A stretch of DNA of 34,585 nucleotides, taken from Candidatus Altiarchaeota archaeon (GTDB lineage Archaea > Altiarchaeota > Altiarchaeia > IMC4 > QMZM01). Positions within the stretch are counted from its first letter, which is position 1. Each line of letters starts with the position of its first letter. The stretch is taken from positions 1 to 34,585 of the forward strand of contig JAFGDV010000037.1 in NCBI GenBank assembly GCA_016931955.1, written 5' to 3'. Under the pieces are notes generated by a model. That model had not been told where the DNA came from. It did not search any database and saw only the letters and a list, made by a program, of their open reading frames with translations. Made by a program: the position numbers and the translations under genes. Below are positions 8,778-17,997 of the stretch, piece after piece.

Positions 8778-10730
8778 ATGAAAATCTCAAAGAACAAGAG
8801 AGGGTTTTTGTTGACGATAGCTACAATACTGTTGATTATTCCCCTGATACTGTTGATCTCCTATTACACTGGGATATCCGAGACAGGCAGCCAGGATGTT
8901 ATGGGCAAGATGAGATGTGATGAACTGCACTACTTCGTGGAAGACGTTAAAAGAGACATGCAGAGGTCTGTAACGATCTTCGGCAGAAGATCGGCAATAT
9001 ACGCCCTAGACCATCTAGTGGAAACTGGGCAGCCCTTTGAGGACTATGAATTCACATGCACCCCACAATGTGGAGTGGATTGCGGTGAATTCTTTTTCGA
9101 TGACCTGGGTTCAGAAGCAGCCATTGCCGAACTCACTATGTGCGGAACCCTTTATGGAGCGAATGTCACATACATGGTGAACCACACCATACCTGAGTGG
9201 ATCAGGAACATCGAATCCTATGCCGAAAAGATGCACTTCATATTGGATTTAAATGTTTCAGAGATCAAAGTGGTTCCAATGGATGCATGGGATTTTGCGC
9301 TCATAGTGGACTACAAGATCAGAGTACAAGATGAGGAGGGGATGTGCTATTATACTGAAAACATCATACAGGTGATATCCAACTCATCAATAATAGGCCT
9401 GGAAGACCCATTGTATGTGTTGCAGACAGATGGTCACATCTTGAAATACATAGTGAACTGCACAGTGGATCTGGACGTTAAGGCGACGGCGGGCTGCAGC
9501 AAAAGCAGTCTGGGGAATGGGGTGGCCACCGGCAGAATCGTCTACTACTCAGAGATTGACGGAGTAGCTAACTACTGTGATATCACGTCAGACATCAACG
9601 ACATAATACTCGTCATGGACAAGGCGATAGGCAGCTGCAATCAGTTTGGAGACGAATGCTGGAACATAAGCGCTGTAAACCATTTCGCGGGCGTGATAGA
9701 CTACGGCCCAAACAACATAAACAGCATAGTAAACAAATGCGACGTCAGCATCCCATGGGTATTGGATACAGGTAAATTAGATGACGGCGAAACTGGATTC
9801 GGGGGTGGATGGGCCAGGAACCCCGCCTGCGACGGAGGCGACATAAGCCGCGACGGCTGCGTAGTCATATACAATGACCCAATATGCGGGATATACGAGG
9901 TCAGGATAGGCTACGACAGCAATACAACAAACACCACCTGCTACTACGTGAGCGACATAGAGGAATACTACAACACAAAATGCGCAGTTAACTACTCAAA
10001 CGGGCCCTCCTTCTTCGACCGCCTTGACGGGAACCTGAATCTCTCAGAGAAATACGTGAGCCAGTCCATGGAATACTTCAACACGACCCTCATCGGGATA
10101 GAGACCCTCGTACAGCTCTATGAACTGGATTCATATCATTCGATTTATCCCAGCATACCGGTTTATGCAAATGCCACATGGGTTGACTACCTCTACTGGC
10201 AGGGCGTTGTAGGATGCGGGGTTATAAGCTCATGCGAGGTCGGCAAATTCAGATTAAACCTGGACTGTGCGCATTCATTCAAACATGGTGTAGGCACAGA
10301 CTGCGCATTTGTCTCAGAGTGTTACTACTGTGGAGACGGATCCTGCGACATAGGGGAGACATGCGTTAGCTGCCCAGCCGACTGCAGCTGCCCATCCTGT
10401 CCGACACAGGCAAGCCTGGAGATCTGCTCGACAGACATAGGCTCCAATAAATACGATGTCACCTTCACGTTGACTGTGACAAATGCGTCAGGAGGGTTCG
10501 ACCTCAGCGCCCTGCCAGAGATAAACGTCACCATAGAGGGTATCATCGCTGACCACACCATGAATCAGATAGGTGTTGGAACATACGAGTACACAGAGGC
10601 GGGCGTCGGCAAAAATGACCAAATAAAGGGTAATGTGACATTGATTCCGCCGCTTATCGGAGCCGGCTGCCCGACGCTGAGCGATGAGACACCATACGAT
10701 CAAGCAAAGTCTATCCCAGACACCTGCTGA
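8778..10730 (+). CDS. Large Cys-rich pilin-like protein (paralog B')
   Basis: MKISKNKRG|FLLTIATILLIIPLILL; ATG 8778 lies 1 nt after the upstream TAA. Colinear with 4186..6045 (RCDELHYxVEDVKRDM, SFFDRLDGN, WVDYLYWQ), plus an extra CGDGSCDIGETCVSCPADC module. Confidence 0.75.
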   Translation: MKISKNKRGFLLTIATILLIIPLILLISYYTGISETGSQDVMGKMRCDELHYFVEDVKRDMQRSVTIFGRRSAIYALDHLVETGQPFEDYEFTCTPQCGVDCGEFFFDDLGSEAAIAELTMCGTLYGANVTYMVNHTIPEWIRNIESYAEKMHFILDLNVSEIKVVPMDAWDFALIVDYKIRVQDEEGMCYYTENIIQVISNSSIIGLEDPLYVLQTDGHILKYIVNCTVDLDVKATAGCSKSSLGNGVATGRIVYYSEIDGVANYCDITSDINDIILVMDKAIGSCNQFGDECWNISAVNHFAGVIDYGPNNINSIVNKCDVSIPWVLDTGKLDDGETGFGGGWARNPACDGGDISRDGCVVIYNDPICGIYEVRIGYDSNTTNTTCYYVSDIEEYYNTKCAVNYSNGPSFFDRLDGNLNLSEKYVSQSMEYFNTTLIGIETLVQLYELDSYHSIYPSIPVYANATWVDYLYWQGVVGCGVISSCEVGKFRLNLDCAHSFKHGVGTDCAFVSECYYCGDGSCDIGETCVSCPADCSCPSCPTQASLEICSTDIGSNKYDVTFTLTVTNASGGFDLSALPEINVTIEGIIADHTMNQIGVGTYEYTEAGVGKNDQIKGNVTLIPPLIGAGCPTLSDETPYDQAKSIPDTC

Positions 10731-10784
10731 GGCAGGTGTCAGCCATATTTTTAGTAAGCAATCATATAGATTACATTACATTGA

Positions 10785-11855
10785 GTGAAAGTGGAAAATG
10801 AGGAATCACCCTCGGTAGAGGAAGATAGGCTGATGAAGGAGCAGGCTGAGAAGGAAAAGAGGCTTGATAAACTCGTCAGGGACAAGATGGAGGCCCTCAG
10901 CAAGATACGCGGCCTAGTCAGCCAGCAAGCCGAACTGGAGAAGGAACTGGGGGGCATAGATGAGGGGGAGGGGGAGTTGGACAGCAACTTCAAAGACCTC
11001 AGGAGAAGGATAAAAGAGGTCTCGGCTGAATTGGATTCCGCAGCAGACGAGGAAGCGGAGCTGGAAATACACAAGAAAAAGATCCAGCTCATAGCGGAAA
11101 GCGCGAAAGTCGAAGAAGAACTCGACGAAATAACGAAGAAGAAGGTCGAAATACTCGACAAAGTGAAGGAGCTGACGAAGAACAGAGTAGAGCTCGAGGA
11201 ATCGCTTGACTCCGTGAAGGCGGAGGGGATAAAGGTCTCAAGGGAACTGGAAGAACTGAAGAAAACAACGTTTGAATACATGCACCAGATGAGCAAGGAA
11301 ATAGACGAACTCGACCGCGGCGGAAAGCCAACAGAGGCTCCGGTAGAACAGCCGCCTGCTGAGGCTCCTGTGGAAGCTCCTGTAGAGGCTCCTGTGGAAG
11401 CTCCTGTAGAGGCTCCTGTGGAAGCTCCTGTAGAGGCTCCGGTGGAAGCTCCTGTAGAACAGCCGCCTGTAACAGGAGAAGCGCCCAAGAAGGGGAAAAA
11501 AGGCCTCTTCGGGGGCGTATTCGGCAAGAAGAAACCCAAAGAAGAGATGAATATCGGCATGATTAAGGAGGTCCTTGGCATCATGGATAACCTGTTGGAG
11601 AAGCTCCCAGAAGACGTGATCAATGAATTCTCAGAGTCAGAGGAATCTAAGAGATACGAGAAACTCTACTCTGTAGTAAACGAATACAAGGGAGAAGAAG
11701 AGCAGAAGGACTACATAAAGAAAAACGCCAAAACAGTATTAACCAAGATCGATGAACTCCTTAAAAAACTCCCAGAGGACGCGCTTAATGAATTCTCTGA
11801 GTCAGAGGAGTTTGAGAGCTACAGCAGAGTACTGGAAGAGTACGGTATAAGGTGA
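10785..11855 (+). CDS. Coiled-coil protein with EAPV repeat linker and duplicated C-terminal helical motif
   Basis: E/K-rich heptad region, (EAPV)n linker, KKGLFGGVFGKKK, and two copies of DxLLxKLPEDxxNEFSESEE. GTG start is uncertain. Confidence 0.75.
   Translation: MKVENEESPSVEEDRLMKEQAEKEKRLDKLVRDKMEALSKIRGLVSQQAELEKELGGIDEGEGELDSNFKDLRRRIKEVSAELDSAADEEAELEIHKKKIQLIAESAKVEEELDEITKKKVEILDKVKELTKNRVELEESLDSVKAEGIKVSRELEELKKTTFEYMHQMSKEIDELDRGGKPTEAPVEQPPAEAPVEAPVEAPVEAPVEAPVEAPVEAPVEAPVEQPPVTGEAPKKGKKGLFGGVFGKKKPKEEMNIGMIKEVLGIMDNLLEKLPEDVINEFSESEESKRYEKLYSVVNEYKGEEEQKDYIKKNAKTVLTKIDELLKKLPEDALNEFSESEEFESYSRVLEEYGIR
11334..11469 (+). repeat. In-frame 12-nt tandem repeat (8 units at 11361-11456) encoding EAPV
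   Basis: Alternating GAGGCTCCTGTG / GAAGCTCCTGTA units, with GAACAGCCGCCTG on both sides. Confidence 0.95.
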
Positions 11856-11862
11856 TTAATAG

Positions 11863-12840
11863 ATGGGCCTGTTGGATAAGATAAAGAAAAAGAAGGAGGA
11901 GGGCGCTGAAGGTAAGGAGCTTCCATCCGGGAAACCCCTCACCGTTAAAAGCGAGGAAGAGTTCCTGGAGAAATGCAGGGGTTTGACGAAGGACTTCAGG
12001 GGTGTACTCTTACTATCTGGGGACGTTGAAGGCGAGCGTTACTCAGCCAGTCTGATAATCGACAAAGGCAGCATAATCGCTTCAACATTCGAGTTCGACG
12101 GCCTTATAATGTTCAGGGAGCAGGCCATAAACGAGATAACAGGTAAGCTCAAGGGGAGCAAGGGTATCTTGAACATATTCGAATTCGATGACGAGGACAT
12201 GCGACTCATCAGGGATACTAATAAATCCGCCTTCCTGAGCAGTCCAGTGCCTTTGAGCAGCCTAGGCCTTAAGATAAAGCTCCTAGTGGAGCAATGGGTT
12301 GAAAAACAAGAAGGTGAGGGTGCTAGACCGCTTAAACTCCCCGAGCTATTCAAGACCCGAGGCACATTCAATCTGCTTGAGCTTGCCCGAAGCCAGGAGA
12401 AGATCAAGGAAACAGGGAAGAAAGAGGAAAAAATAGGGGGATTAGAGGACGATAAACTTGGAGATATCGATCTTAGGGGAATAGAGAATCTGCTTGGAGG
12501 TGGTGGTGCAGCCGTCGATATCAGGAAGCTTGAGGAGCTTAAGAGGATAAAGGAGGAGAGGCAGAGAAAGATCGCAGAAAAACTGGCTGCAGTGAGAAAG
12601 GGGGAGGGTTCAAAAGAGAAACCGACTGAAGGTAAAAGGGTTCAGACAACAATAGACAAGTTATACAGTCTCGTGAGGAAATACAAGAAACTGAGGATAG
12701 ACGATAAGCTGGCGCACACCCTTGGAGTGAATAGGGCGCAGATCGAGGAATGGGCGGTGATCCTCGAAGAACATGATCTCATCGAACTACGTTATCCGAC
12801 TATTGGGGAACCAGAGATCCGGGTGAAAGGCGATAAATAG
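11863..12840 (+). CDS. DUF2226-like N-terminal domain protein with C-terminal winged-helix-like domain
   Basis: FRGVLLL...SLIIDKGSIIAS...EQAINEI...ILNIFEF resembles DUF2226. The C-terminal TTIDKLYSLV...LGVNRAQIEEWAVILEEHDLIELRYP looks like a wHTH. GGTGA RBS upstream. Confidence 0.6.
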   Translation: MGLLDKIKKKKEEGAEGKELPSGKPLTVKSEEEFLEKCRGLTKDFRGVLLLSGDVEGERYSASLIIDKGSIIASTFEFDGLIMFREQAINEITGKLKGSKGILNIFEFDDEDMRLIRDTNKSAFLSSPVPLSSLGLKIKLLVEQWVEKQEGEGARPLKLPELFKTRGTFNLLELARSQEKIKETGKKEEKIGGLEDDKLGDIDLRGIENLLGGGGAAVDIRKLEELKRIKEERQRKIAEKLAAVRKGEGSKEKPTEGKRVQTTIDKLYSLVRKYKKLRIDDKLAHTLGVNRAQIEEWAVILEEHDLIELRYPTIGEPEIRVKGDK

Positions 12841-12897
12841 GTCTTCTTCTAGTCATGATGTGGATTTATAGTTCAGCGTGCTAATATCTATTCAGAT

Positions 12898-14490
12898 ATG
12901 GCTGAACAGGCTAATGGGAAAGAAGAGGAGGGCGCAGGGAGTGAGTTCTCAAAGGTTAAGGAGAAGGTACTGGAGAAAAAGGAACGCCTTGTAGAGTCCT
13001 ATAATGTTAGATGTGATGAAGTCGAGGTAGAAATAAGGATAGTGATAAAGAATTTCAAGCATACCTACAAGGTCATCGTCCCAGAGGTTAGCATAGCGAC
13101 TTCGGCCTTATTGGATGATATAAAGGAGAAACTGATCGGCGCCATTGAAGTCAATCCTACAGAGATATTCGACACAAAGCTGATGGATGAGTTGAAAACC
13201 GAGCTGAAGGATGATGCTGCGGTGCTCCTCAGTGAAGAACTCCCCGACCTTGGCGAGAAGACCAAGAATCAGTTTATACTGGATCTGATGAACGACCTGC
13301 TTGGCTTAGGCAATATTGAAATCTTCCTCAACGATGACCAGATAGAGGAGATCGTCATCAACTCGGCGAAGGAGCCAGTGAGGGTATACCATAAAAAATA
13401 CGGCTGGCTTGAGTCGAACATAACGTTGAAAAGTGAGGCCCAGATATCCAATTACGCGAACATAATAGCGAGGCGCATTGGGAGGGAGATAACAACATTG
13501 AATCCATTACTGGACGCCCATCTGATGACGAAGGACAGAGCCAACGCCATACTAACCCCGATATCGACGAAAGGCAATACGGTAACAATAAGAAAATTCG
13601 CTCGAGACCCGTGGACTGCCCCGGATTTTATAAAGAATAGGACAGCAAGCTCTGAGGTTCTGGCATTGATCTGGCTTTGCATCCAATACGAGATGAACAT
13701 CCTCATCTCTGGTGGAACAGGCTCTGGGAAGACTTCTTTGCTGAACGTCTGTATGCCGTTCATGCCACCCAACCATAGGATAATATCCATCGAGGATACT
13801 CGAGAGCTGCAGCTGCCGAAGTTCCTCTACTGGTGCCCGCTGACGACGAGGCCTGCAAACCCCGAAGGCAAGGGGGAGGTTACGATGCTTGACCTGGTCG
13901 TTAACTCCCTCAGGATGAGGCCTGACCGGATTATCATGGGCGAGATCCGTAAGCAAAGGGAAGCTGAGGTCCTCTTTGAGGCGATGCATACTGGCCACTC
14001 AGTGTACGGCACACTCCATGCGGACACATGCGCTCAGACCATTACGAGACTTGTTAATCCCCCGATAAACATACCAGAGAGCATGCTTGACTCAGTGCAC
14101 CTGAACGTTGTGATGTTCAGGGATCGGAGGCTGGGTGTAAGGAGGATCTTCGAGGTGGGTGAATTCCTTGAAGAGATAGACCCTAACACGAGGAGGCTGC
14201 ACTTTAATCCCAGCATACTCTACCGATGGGATCCGAGGACAGATGATATAGTCCCAGTCGAGAAGAGCGGCATAAGACTCTATGAGAAGATAGGATCACA
14301 TACTGGCCTATCAGCTGATGAGATCAGGGCAGACATAGACCTGAAGAAGAGGATCCTTGATTGGCTGGTCGAACACAACACTCGTTCCATAGAGGAAATG
14401 GGCACAGTGATGAACAGATACTACGTAGACAGAAACACGGTAATAGATATGGTGGAAAAGAATCAGGACCCTAAGGGGCTGTTTGAGTGA
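12898..14490 (+). CDS. Type II/IV secretion (pilus assembly) ATPase, VirB11/CpaF/TadA family
   Basis: Walker A GGTGSGKTS, Asp box SIEDTREL, LRMRPDRIIMGEIR (Walker B), His box MHTGHSVYGTLHA. Confidence 0.95.
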   Translation: MAEQANGKEEEGAGSEFSKVKEKVLEKKERLVESYNVRCDEVEVEIRIVIKNFKHTYKVIVPEVSIATSALLDDIKEKLIGAIEVNPTEIFDTKLMDELKTELKDDAAVLLSEELPDLGEKTKNQFILDLMNDLLGLGNIEIFLNDDQIEEIVINSAKEPVRVYHKKYGWLESNITLKSEAQISNYANIIARRIGREITTLNPLLDAHLMTKDRANAILTPISTKGNTVTIRKFARDPWTAPDFIKNRTASSEVLALIWLCIQYEMNILISGGTGSGKTSLLNVCMPFMPPNHRIISIEDTRELQLPKFLYWCPLTTRPANPEGKGEVTMLDLVVNSLRMRPDRIIMGEIRKQREAEVLFEAMHTGHSVYGTLHADTCAQTITRLVNPPINIPESMLDSVHLNVVMFRDRRLGVRRIFEVGEFLEEIDPNTRRLHFNPSILYRWDPRTDDIVPVEKSGIRLYEKIGSHTGLSADEIRADIDLKKRILDWLVEHNTRSIEEMGTVMNRYYVDRNTVIDMVEKNQDPKGLFE

Positions 14491-15579
14491 CTATAACCTG
14501 CCCTTGATGGTATGGAATCTTGCCGCCTCAAACACACTCTCAGGTGTTGTGTATCCAACAACTCTATCAGAGTCAACCACTAGCAGAAAATCACTTCCAA
14601 GGATTTTTCCAATAACCTTCTCCGCTTCAAGTCTCGCATCCATCACATTAAAGCCTCGCGTCATAATCCCTCTCACGTTTATCTTGTCAAGATCAGCTCG
14701 GCTCACTACCCTCAGGTCTTCGATACCAAGGATTCCAATGATGCGACCACTTCCCTCAGTTACTGGATAATAGTCTTGACCGGGTCTGGCGATGAGCCTG
14801 ATGAAGTCTCCTACGCTGGTGGATTCATTTACGTGGCGTATGTCTCTCACGGTTATGTTGCCGACGGTAAGCCCCCGCAGTGAATGTTTTATCTTCACTA
14901 TCTGAAGTTCACTGTTTCCTGCGTAGTAGAGGAATACGCCGATCAGGATAAGCCAGAGATGGGGCTGAAGCAAACCCACCATCACCATCATGAAGGCTAT
15001 GAACTGACCTACGTGGACTGCGATCTTAGTCGCATGTATGTAGTCCATCCACAGAGCCAGCATCGCCCTGAAGACCCTGCCGCCGTCCATGGGGAAACCC
15101 GGCACGGTATTGAATAAGCCAAGCATTAGGTTCACCCAGAGCATGCCGCTCAGGATAAAGGCAGGATTCGCGATCGTTGCACTGCCTGTTGAGAAGTTTT
15201 GGATAACAGTCCAGTAGCCCACCAGAGGAAGCTTCGTGAAAACAAGGATGGCATAGACGATGGCTGCCAGAACAAAGTTGGATAGCGGACCAGCTATTGA
15301 GATAACGATCTCTTTTTTCGGATCCTCTGGGACTTCGATGCTTGCGAGACCTCCAATGGGTGTCAGTACTATCCTTGGTACGGGTATGTCAAAGCCCATG
15401 GCAACAAGGGAGTGGCTGAATTCATGCATAAGTACGATCAGAAAGATGCTGATGAAGAAGATCAGGCTGGGCAGGCCGAGAACCGATATAAGGAGCAGAA
15501 AGAAGATGAACGTGATGTGTAATTCGACAGAAATGCCAAATAGTCTGAAGATCCTGTACGAATATTTCATCATAATCAA
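14491..15579 (-). CDS. Site-2 protease (M50 family) with C-terminal CBS pair
   Basis: HEFSH zinc motif, [19 protein letters not shown], several TM helices and a CBS-like C-terminus. The true start may be a few codons in. Confidence 0.93.
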   Translation of the reverse strand: MIMMKYSYRIFRLFGISVELHITFIFFLLLISVLGLPSLIFFISIFLIVLMHEFSHSLVAMGFDIPVPRIVLTPIGGLASIEVPEDPKKEIVISIAGPLSNFVLAAIVYAILVFTKLPLVGYWTVIQNFSTGSATIANPAFILSGMLWVNLMLGLFNTVPGFPMDGGRVFRAMLALWMDYIHATKIAVHVGQFIAFMMVMVGLLQPHLWLILIGVFLYYAGNSELQIVKIKHSLRGLTVGNITVRDIRHVNESTSVGDFIRLIARPGQDYYPVTEGSGRIIGILGIEDLRVVSRADLDKINVRGIMTRGFNVMDARLEAEKVIGKILGSDFLLVVDSDRVVGYTTPESVFEAARFHTIKGRL

Positions 15580-16055
15580 CCGCGCGGCATCGCAGTAATC
15601 CCTGTTCGAGCGACTACCTTTATCCCTAAAACCTTCACTAGGTCGATGAACGCGTCTATCTTGTTCGAGTCGCCTGTTATCTCCACAGAGATTGTCTCAG
15701 GGCTTACGTCAACGACCCTGCCCCTGAAGACGTCGGCGTATTGCATCACCTGAGATTTATGTGACTCCTTTGGAGCGTTGACCTTTACTATGCAGAGCTC
15801 CCTGCACACGCATTCGTTGATTGAGTGGTCTGTGACCTTTATAACGTTAACTAGCTTGTTCATCTGTTTCTCTATCTGCTCGAGAATCTTGTCATCCCCT
15901 CTGGTGAGGATTGTCATCCTCGCAATACCGGGCTGCTCGGTTGATCCAACGGTTATGCTTTCTATATTGAATCTTCTTCTGGTGAACATTGATGCAACCC
16001 TCTGCAACACACCTGGTTTGTGTTCGACTAATGCGGTGAATATATGAGTCCTCAT
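15576..16055 (-). CDS. ilvH: Acetolactate synthase small (regulatory) subunit
   Basis: ACT domain [28 protein letters not shown]; [16 protein letters not shown]; [12 protein letters not shown]. Confidence 0.95.
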   Translation of the reverse strand: MRTHIFTALVEHKPGVLQRVASMFTRRRFNIESITVGSTEQPGIARMTILTRGDDKILEQIEKQMNKLVNVIKVTDHSINECVCRELCIVKVNAPKESHKSQVMQYADVFRGRVVDVSPETISVEITGDSNKIDAFIDLVKVLGIKVVARTGITAMPRG

Positions 16056-16136
16056 CTTCTGTTAGAATATTATTTTTTGCTTTTAAAACGCAGCCTCTTA
16101 TAAAGCCAACAATTAAAATAGTAATCCATACAAAAA

Positions 16137-16940
16137 ATGGCTGAAAGGGACTCTGAGAGATATCCGGAAGAAGGCGAACTGGTTATAGGAACCGTTGATA
16201 GCATATTCAAGCAGGGTGCGTTCATAAGCCTCGACGAATATGGCGACAAAAAGGGCATGCTCCACCTGTCTGAGATATCCCCTAAATGGGTTCGAAACAT
16301 TCGTGATTATGTGAAGGAGGGGCAGAAGGTAGTTCTCCTCGTACTTAAGGTTAATCTCGACAGGGGGCATATCGATTTATCACTCAGGAGGGTTACTGAC
16401 GCCCAGCGGAAAGAGAAACTGCAGGAGATTAAACAAAAACAACGCAGCGTGAAGCTTCTTGAACAACTGTCAAAGGAGCTTAAGCTCTCTGAGGAGGATG
16501 TGGCATCAATAAAGGAGAAGATCCTCAAAAACTACGATTCCTTGTATGCTGGTTTGGAGACTATAGTGGCAGACAACAGTGAGATGGACAAACTGGATAT
16601 AGAGAAGGGGTGGAAACCCCATTTCCTTGATCTGATCAATAGCAGCATAAAGGCACCGCTGGTGAATGTAACTGGTTATGTATGTTTTAGGAGCTACATG
16701 GGAGATGGGGTTGGTGACATAAAGGAATCATTGGTGAAGATAAGAGACTATGATCGTGATCATAACATAGAGGTTTCGTATATCTCCGCCCCAGTATACC
16801 GGATTAATGTCACTGCCGAGGACTATAAAACAGCGGAGAAGATACTCAAAAATTCCACTGAAGAGGGTATAAAGTATCTTGAAGAACACAACGGGATTGG
16901 AGAATTCCATAGAAAGCTCGCGGAGAAACCAGAAAAGTGA
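16137..16940 (+). CDS. eif2a: Translation initiation factor aIF-2 alpha subunit
   Basis: YPEEGELVIGTV S1 domain, LHLSEISPKWVRNIRDYVKEGQKVV, GHIDLSLRRV, APVYRI; followed by nop10. Confidence 0.97.
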   Translation: MAERDSERYPEEGELVIGTVDSIFKQGAFISLDEYGDKKGMLHLSEISPKWVRNIRDYVKEGQKVVLLVLKVNLDRGHIDLSLRRVTDAQRKEKLQEIKQKQRSVKLLEQLSKELKLSEEDVASIKEKILKNYDSLYAGLETIVADNSEMDKLDIEKGWKPHFLDLINSSIKAPLVNVTGYVCFRSYMGDGVGDIKESLVKIRDYDRDHNIEVSYISAPVYRINVTAEDYKTAEKILKNSTEEGIKYLEEHNGIGEFHRKLAEKPEK

Positions 16941-17119
16941 AAATCAGGAAATGCCCTGTTTGCGGCACCTACTCCCTACAAGAAAGCTGCTCTGAATGTT
17001 TTTCCAGAACCGTTTCCCCCAGGCCTGCAAGATTTTCACCTATTGATCCCTACGGGGCATATAGGAGAGAGATGAAGAGGGGTATGCTTAAAGATGCTCA
17101 TAAAGAAAACAGCCCTTGA
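16937..17119 (+). CDS. nop10: H/ACA RNP protein Nop10
   Basis: KCPVCGTYSL..CSEC...PARFSPIDPYGAYRR; conserved position after aIF2a with a 4-nt overlap. Confidence 0.95.
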   Translation: MKIRKCPVCGTYSLQESCSECFSRTVSPRPARFSPIDPYGAYRREMKRGMLKDAHKENSP

Positions 17120-17465
17120 ATTCATCCTCGGTGTCTCGAGGAGCACACACCCCAAGGAGTTCACCGCATTGCTTCGCGGTAGCCCTGACGTAATCAAGGA
17201 GGTCCTCCTCATACCTGGCTCACTCTTTGGTGAAAACTTCGCAAGCATACGGTTTGATATGAAACCCTTTGATTCCACCATAGTAGGAAGCGTGCACTCT
17301 CATCCGTCGACCTCCTATGAGCCCTCCAACGCAGACCGAGGGTTTTTCTCTAAGACCGGTTTCATACACCTGATCGTTAAATACCCCTATAAAAGTATAA
17401 AAGACGTTGCAGCATATGATCTCCAGGGTAACAGAGTGGATCTTGGTGTGGAAGGGCAGCTATAG
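17094..17465 (+). CDS. JAB1/MPN/Mov34 (JAMM) metalloprotease
   Basis: PKEF...GSVHSHPSTSYEPSNAD matches an intact E-xn-HxH-x7-S-x2-D JAMM motif. Confidence 0.9.
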   Translation: MLIKKTALEFILGVSRSTHPKEFTALLRGSPDVIKEVLLIPGSLFGENFASIRFDMKPFDSTIVGSVHSHPSTSYEPSNADRGFFSKTGFIHLIVKYPYKSIKDVAAYDLQGNRVDLGVEGQL

Positions 17466-17511
17466 GTATGTTTATATAGTCCAAAGATGAATAGATAACA
17501 CCAAACGCAAA

Positions 17512-17958
17512 ATGGATCTGAAAAGCATCCTCCTCTCACTTTTAATACTAGTCTTCATAGTCTCCGCAGAAGAAGGAAGTGGAAACCTATCCTCGTTTGA
17601 GGTCATCGACATAATGAATGCCTTCCTCATACTTGTCTGCTCAATATTCGTTTTTGCAATCGTTGGGACGCTGAGGAATCGAAGACTGCTTGAACTTGTA
17701 CGGTCCGCTCACTTCTTTAAGATAAAGAGGGTCATAACCGCATGGACGTTGTTTGGCTCTGCAGTGCTCCTCTATGCTCTAATCGAGATACTGTTCGCCT
17801 TTAAGGTAATAGACGACGTTGTCATCTACAAAGTCATGAAAACAATCTTCGGTGTTTTATTTGCTGCGGGATTGTTCATACAATATGTTGTGGTCTTGAA
17901 GTACGTAAAGCAGGCCGCTAGGAAAACAACAACTGAAGACAAAGAGAAGAAGGGCTGA
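17512..17958 (+). CDS. Hypothetical membrane protein
   Basis: Signal-like N-terminus plus three hydrophobic helices; TTTATATA box at 17471-17478. Confidence 0.7.
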   Translation: MDLKSILLSLLILVFIVSAEEGSGNLSSFEVIDIMNAFLILVCSIFVFAIVGTLRNRRLLELVRSAHFFKIKRVITAWTLFGSAVLLYALIEILFAFKVIDDVVIYKVMKTIFGVLFAAGLFIQYVVVLKYVKQAARKTTTEDKEKKG

Positions 17959-17960
17959 GC

Positions 17961-17972
17961 TAGTATATATCC
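17961..17972 (+). promoter_or_regulatory. TATA-box-containing motif TAGTATATATCC upstream of hisC
   Basis: About 30 nt before ATG 17998; the identical 12-mer occurs at 19030 and 30434. Confidence 0.6.
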
Positions 17973-17997
17973 TCTATTTCTAAAATACTTTACTGCA

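Noticed and set aside
5380-10225. Diversity-generating retroelement TR/VR pair
   Set aside because: A few mismatches fall on adenines, but other blocks differ at G/T/C; both copies are coding and no reverse transcriptase is present.
10751-11623. 290-aa minus-strand ORF with GAST repeats
   Set aside because: Ser/Phe-rich antisense shadow of the E/K-rich coiled-coil gene.
12898-14490. Archaellum ATPase ArlI/FlaI
   Set aside because: No archaellins or arlH/arlJ nearby; the context fits a pilus-type system.
14884-15117. ORF with a poly-His run
   Set aside because: Antisense reading of the MMVMV codons in the M50 protease TM helix.
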